From positions 1 through 64,000 of the forward strand of contig NC_045698.1 of the NCBI RefSeq assembly GCF_009834535.1: a stretch of 64,000 nucleotides of DNA. The letters run 5' to 3'. The notes beneath the pieces are model-generated. The model was not told where the DNA came from. It saw only the letters and a list, made by a program, of their open reading frames with translations, and ran no database searches. Numbering within the stretch: the stretch's first letter is position 1; each line of letters starts with the position of its first letter. The DNA is from Camelus ferus (lineage: Eukaryota). Positions 61,701-64,000 of the stretch are shown piece after piece. The translations under genes and the position numbers were made by a program.

Positions 61701-64000
61701 CCGAGTGGGTGGGGGAGGTTTGGGGCCGTCCTCCACGCAGCTGCCTGGTGTCACAGGTGTTCCCTGGCAGGGGGAAGTCCGCTAATTACTTCATCGGTTC
61801 AGGGGGAGGCACTAGATTCTAAGTGCTTTTCCAGCCCAACCCCCGCCTTTCACCGGCAGCCCGCACTAATAGACCCTCGGGGAGGACACGCGGAGGGCTC
61901 CTAGGAGATCCCAGGCGCTGCAGACAGAGGACAGAACTTCGCCACCCTCAGAATTTGGAACGCAGCCGAGTGGTTTGGGGAGGTTTGGGGCCTATCTCCA
62001 CGCAGCTGCATGGTGTCACAGGTGTTCCCTGGCAGGGGGTATTCCGCTAATTACCTGATCTGTCCAGGGGGAGGCACCAGATGCTACCTGATTTCCCAAC
62101 CCAACCCCAGAATTTCCCCGGCAGCCCGCACTAGGAATGACTCCGGGAAGACACGCGGAGGGCTCCTAGGAGATCCCAGGCGCTGCAGAGGACGGAACCT
62201 CGCCACACTCAGAATTCCGGAACGCGGCCGAGTTGGTGGGGGAGGTTTGGGGCCGCCCTCCACGCAGCTGCCTGGTGTCACAGTTGTTCCCTGGCAGGGG
62301 GAATTCCGCTAATTACCTGATCTGTCCAGGGGGAGGCACTAGATGCAACCTGCATTTCCAGCCAAACCCCTGCATTTCCCCCGCAGAACGCACTAGGAGA
62401 CCCTCGGGGAAGACACGCGGAGGGCTCCTAGGAGATCCCAGGCGCTGCAGACCGAGGACGGAACCTCGCCACACTCAGAATTCCGGAACGCGGCCGAGTG
62501 GGTGAGGGATGTTTGTTGCTGCCCTCCACGATGCTGCTTGGGGACACAGTTGTTCCCTGGCAGGGGGAATTCCGCTAATTACCTCATCGGTCCAGGGGGA
62601 GGCACTAGATGCTACCTGCATTTCCAGACCAACCCTCGCTTTTCCCCGGCAGCCCGCTCTAGGAGACACTCGTGGAAGTCATTCGGAGGGCTCCTAGGAG
62701 ATCCCAGGCGCTGCAGACAGTGGACAGAACCTCGCCACTCAGAATTCCGATACGCGGCCGAGTCAGTGGGGGAGGTTTGGGGCCGCCGTCCTCGTATCTG
62801 CCTGGTGTCACAGGTGTTCATTGGCAGTCGGAAGTACACTAATTACCTGATATGTCCAGGGAGAGGCACCAGATGCTACCTGCATTTCCAGCCCAACCGA
62901 CGCCTTTCCCCGGCAGCCTGAATTAAGATTGACTCCGGGAAGACACGCGGAGGGCTCCTAGGGGATCCCAGGCGCTGCAGACCGAGGACGGAACCTCGCC
63001 ACCCTCACAATTCCGGAACGCGGCCGAGTGGGTGTGGGAGATTTGGGGCCGCCCCCCACGCAGCTGCCTTGGGTCACAAGTATTCCTTGGCAGGGGGAAT
63101 TCCGCTAATTACCTCATCAGTCCCGGGGCAGGCACTAGATGCTACCTGCGTTTCCAGCAGAACCCCCGCCTTTCCCCGACAGCCCGCACAAGGAGACACT
63201 ACGGGAAGACACGCGGAGGGCTCCTAGTAGATCCCAGGCGCTGCAGACAGAAGACATAACCTCGCCACCCTCAGAATTCCGGAACGCGTCCGAGTCGGTG
63301 GGGGAGGTTTGAGGCCGACGTCCTCGTATCTGCCTGGTGTCACAGGTGTTCATTTGCAGTCGGAAGTACACTAATTTCCTGATCTGTCCAGGGGGAGGCA
63401 CCAGATGCTACCTGCTTTTCCAGCCCAACCCCCGAATTTCCCCGGCAGCCCGCACTAGGAGTGACTCCGGGAAGACACGCGGATGGCTCCTAGGAGATCC
63501 CAGGCGCTGCAGAGGACGGAACCTCGCAACACTCAGAATTCTGGAACGCGGCCGAGTTGGTGGGGAAGGTTTGGGGCCGTCCTCCACGCAGCTGCCTGGT
63601 GTCACAATTGTTCCCTGGCAGGGGGAAGTCCGCTAATTACCTGATCTGTCCAGGGGGAGGCACTAGATGCAACCTGCATTTCCAGCCAAACCCCCGCATT
63701 TCCCCCGCAGAACGCACTAGGAGACACTCGGGGAAGACCCGCGGATTTCTCCTAGGAGATCCCAGTCGCTGCAGACGGATGACGGAACCTCGCAACGCTC
63801 AGAATTCCGGAACGCGGCCGAGTGGGTGGGGGAGGTTTGGGGCCGTCCTCCACGCAGCTGCCTGGTGTCACAGGTGTTCCCTGGCAGGGGGAATTCCGCT
63901 AATTACCTCATCGGTCCAGGGGGAGGCACTAGATGCTAAGTGCTTTTCCAGCCCAACCCCCGCCTTTCCCCGGCAGCCCGCACTAATAGACCCTCGGGGA
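55790..64000 (+). repeat. Right sub-family domain with its own diagnostic variants and irregular block duplications
   Basis: Enriched for ATTACCTGATC, GTCACAGTTG and CGCCACCCTCAG. GGCACTGGAAATACAGCTAA at 56466, 58851 and 59647; GCAGTCGGAAGTACACTAAT at 58324, 61239, 62824 and 63356. Confidence 0.85.
63720..63985 (+). repeat. Representative full-length 266-bp monomer (phase GGAGACACTC...GCACTA)
   Basis: Runs from GGAGACACTCGGGGAAGAC at 63720 to GCCCGCACTA ending at 63985, i.e. 266 bp. Contains an intact G-tract (63824-63842) and C-tract (63952-63971). Confidence 0.95.

Larger units (their letters stand above)
1..64000 (+). repeat. Tandem satellite DNA array, ~266-bp GC-rich monomer, ~240 copies, head-to-tail, extending beyond both window edges
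   Basis: Landmarks CTCCTAGGAGATCCCAGGCGCTGCAGA, CAGCTGCCTGGTGTCACAGGTGTTCCCTGGCAGGGGGAA and GCACTAGATGCTACCTGCATTTCCAG recur every ~262-267 bp from the first to the last line. Equivalent ORF starts are 266 apart (40212/40478/40744, 38085/38351, 28789/29055). Confidence 0.99.

Noticed and set aside
106..63636. Hundreds of 60-238 aa ORFs, e.g. 38883-39599 (238 aa), 28039-28683 and the recurring 153-aa and 180-aa ORFs
   Set aside because: All are the same few peptides (WGRPPRSCLVSQVFPGRG, AAAWCHRCSLAGG, MLPAFPAQPP) read from the repeat. Because 266 is not divisible by 3 the frames rotate, ORFs overlap in all frames, and indels and stops vary freely. I recognise no protein domain.
63960..63972. 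PRDM9-type motif CCNCCNTNNCCNC in CCGCCTTTCCCCG
   Set aside because: The last position mismatches, the motif is specific to particular human alleles, and such matches are expected in C-rich tracts.
63720..63985. Monomer as a dimer of two ~133-bp subunits
   Set aside because: Only short shared words (GGGGAAG/GGGGAGG, GCACTAG, GGCAG) are present. The halves do not align collinearly by eye.
1..64000. CRISPR array or repeat-spacer/cassette system
   Set aside because: The variable segments between conserved blocks are homologous to each other rather than unique spacers. The period is far longer than CRISPR units, and there are no cas or integrase genes.
1..64000. Tandem RNA gene cluster (5S rRNA, tRNA, snRNA) or SINE/LTR origin of the monomer
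   Set aside because: I found no Pol III B-box (GTTCRANNC), conserved oligo-T terminator, poly(A) tail, target-site duplication or recognisable structural RNA sequence. An Rfam/Dfam search would settle it.
1..64000. Promoter or CpG-island call
   Set aside because: GC and CpG richness is a property of the repeat unit. There is no adjacent gene or unique sequence, and CpG decay argues for methylation.

Overview
The whole 64 kb is one uninterrupted, head-to-tail tandem satellite array of about 240 monomers of a ~266-bp GC-rich unit. By hand count the consensus is ~65% GC with 16 CpG. All monomers lie on the same strand, and I see no inversion, transposon insertion or unique spacer. Hand-derived consensus: GGAGACACTCGGGGAAGACACGCGGAGGGCTCCTAGGAGATCCCAGGCGCTGCAGACAGAGGACGGAACCTCGCCACACTCAGAATTCCGGAACGCGGCCGAGTGGGTGGGGGAGGTTTGGGGCCGCCCTCCACGCAGCTGCCTGGTGTCACAGGTGTTCCCTGGCAGGGGGAAGTCCGCTAATTACCTCATCTGTCCAGGGGGAGGCACTAGATGCTACCTGCATTTCCAGCCCAACCCCCGCCTTTCCCCGGCAGCCCGCACTA. 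Every ORF in the track is a chance translation of this repeat; I support no gene, RNA gene, CRISPR array or mobile element. The interest is in the array architecture. Diverged monomer types form short-lived higher-order repeats (HORs): a 12-mer that splits into 7-mer and 5-mer modules, plus 10-, 8- and 5-mer units. There are also a ~6-7 kb duplication, long-range echoes at ~28 kb and ~54 kb, sub-family domains and chimeric monomers marking crossover points. The monomer carries G/C tracts with matching run structure, several dyads and degenerate CTCF-like motifs. CpG decay suggests methylated, probably vertebrate, heterochromatin; species and centromeric status cannot be determined from the sequence. 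All alignments were done by eye, aided by offsets between matching ORF translations, so block boundaries are approximate.
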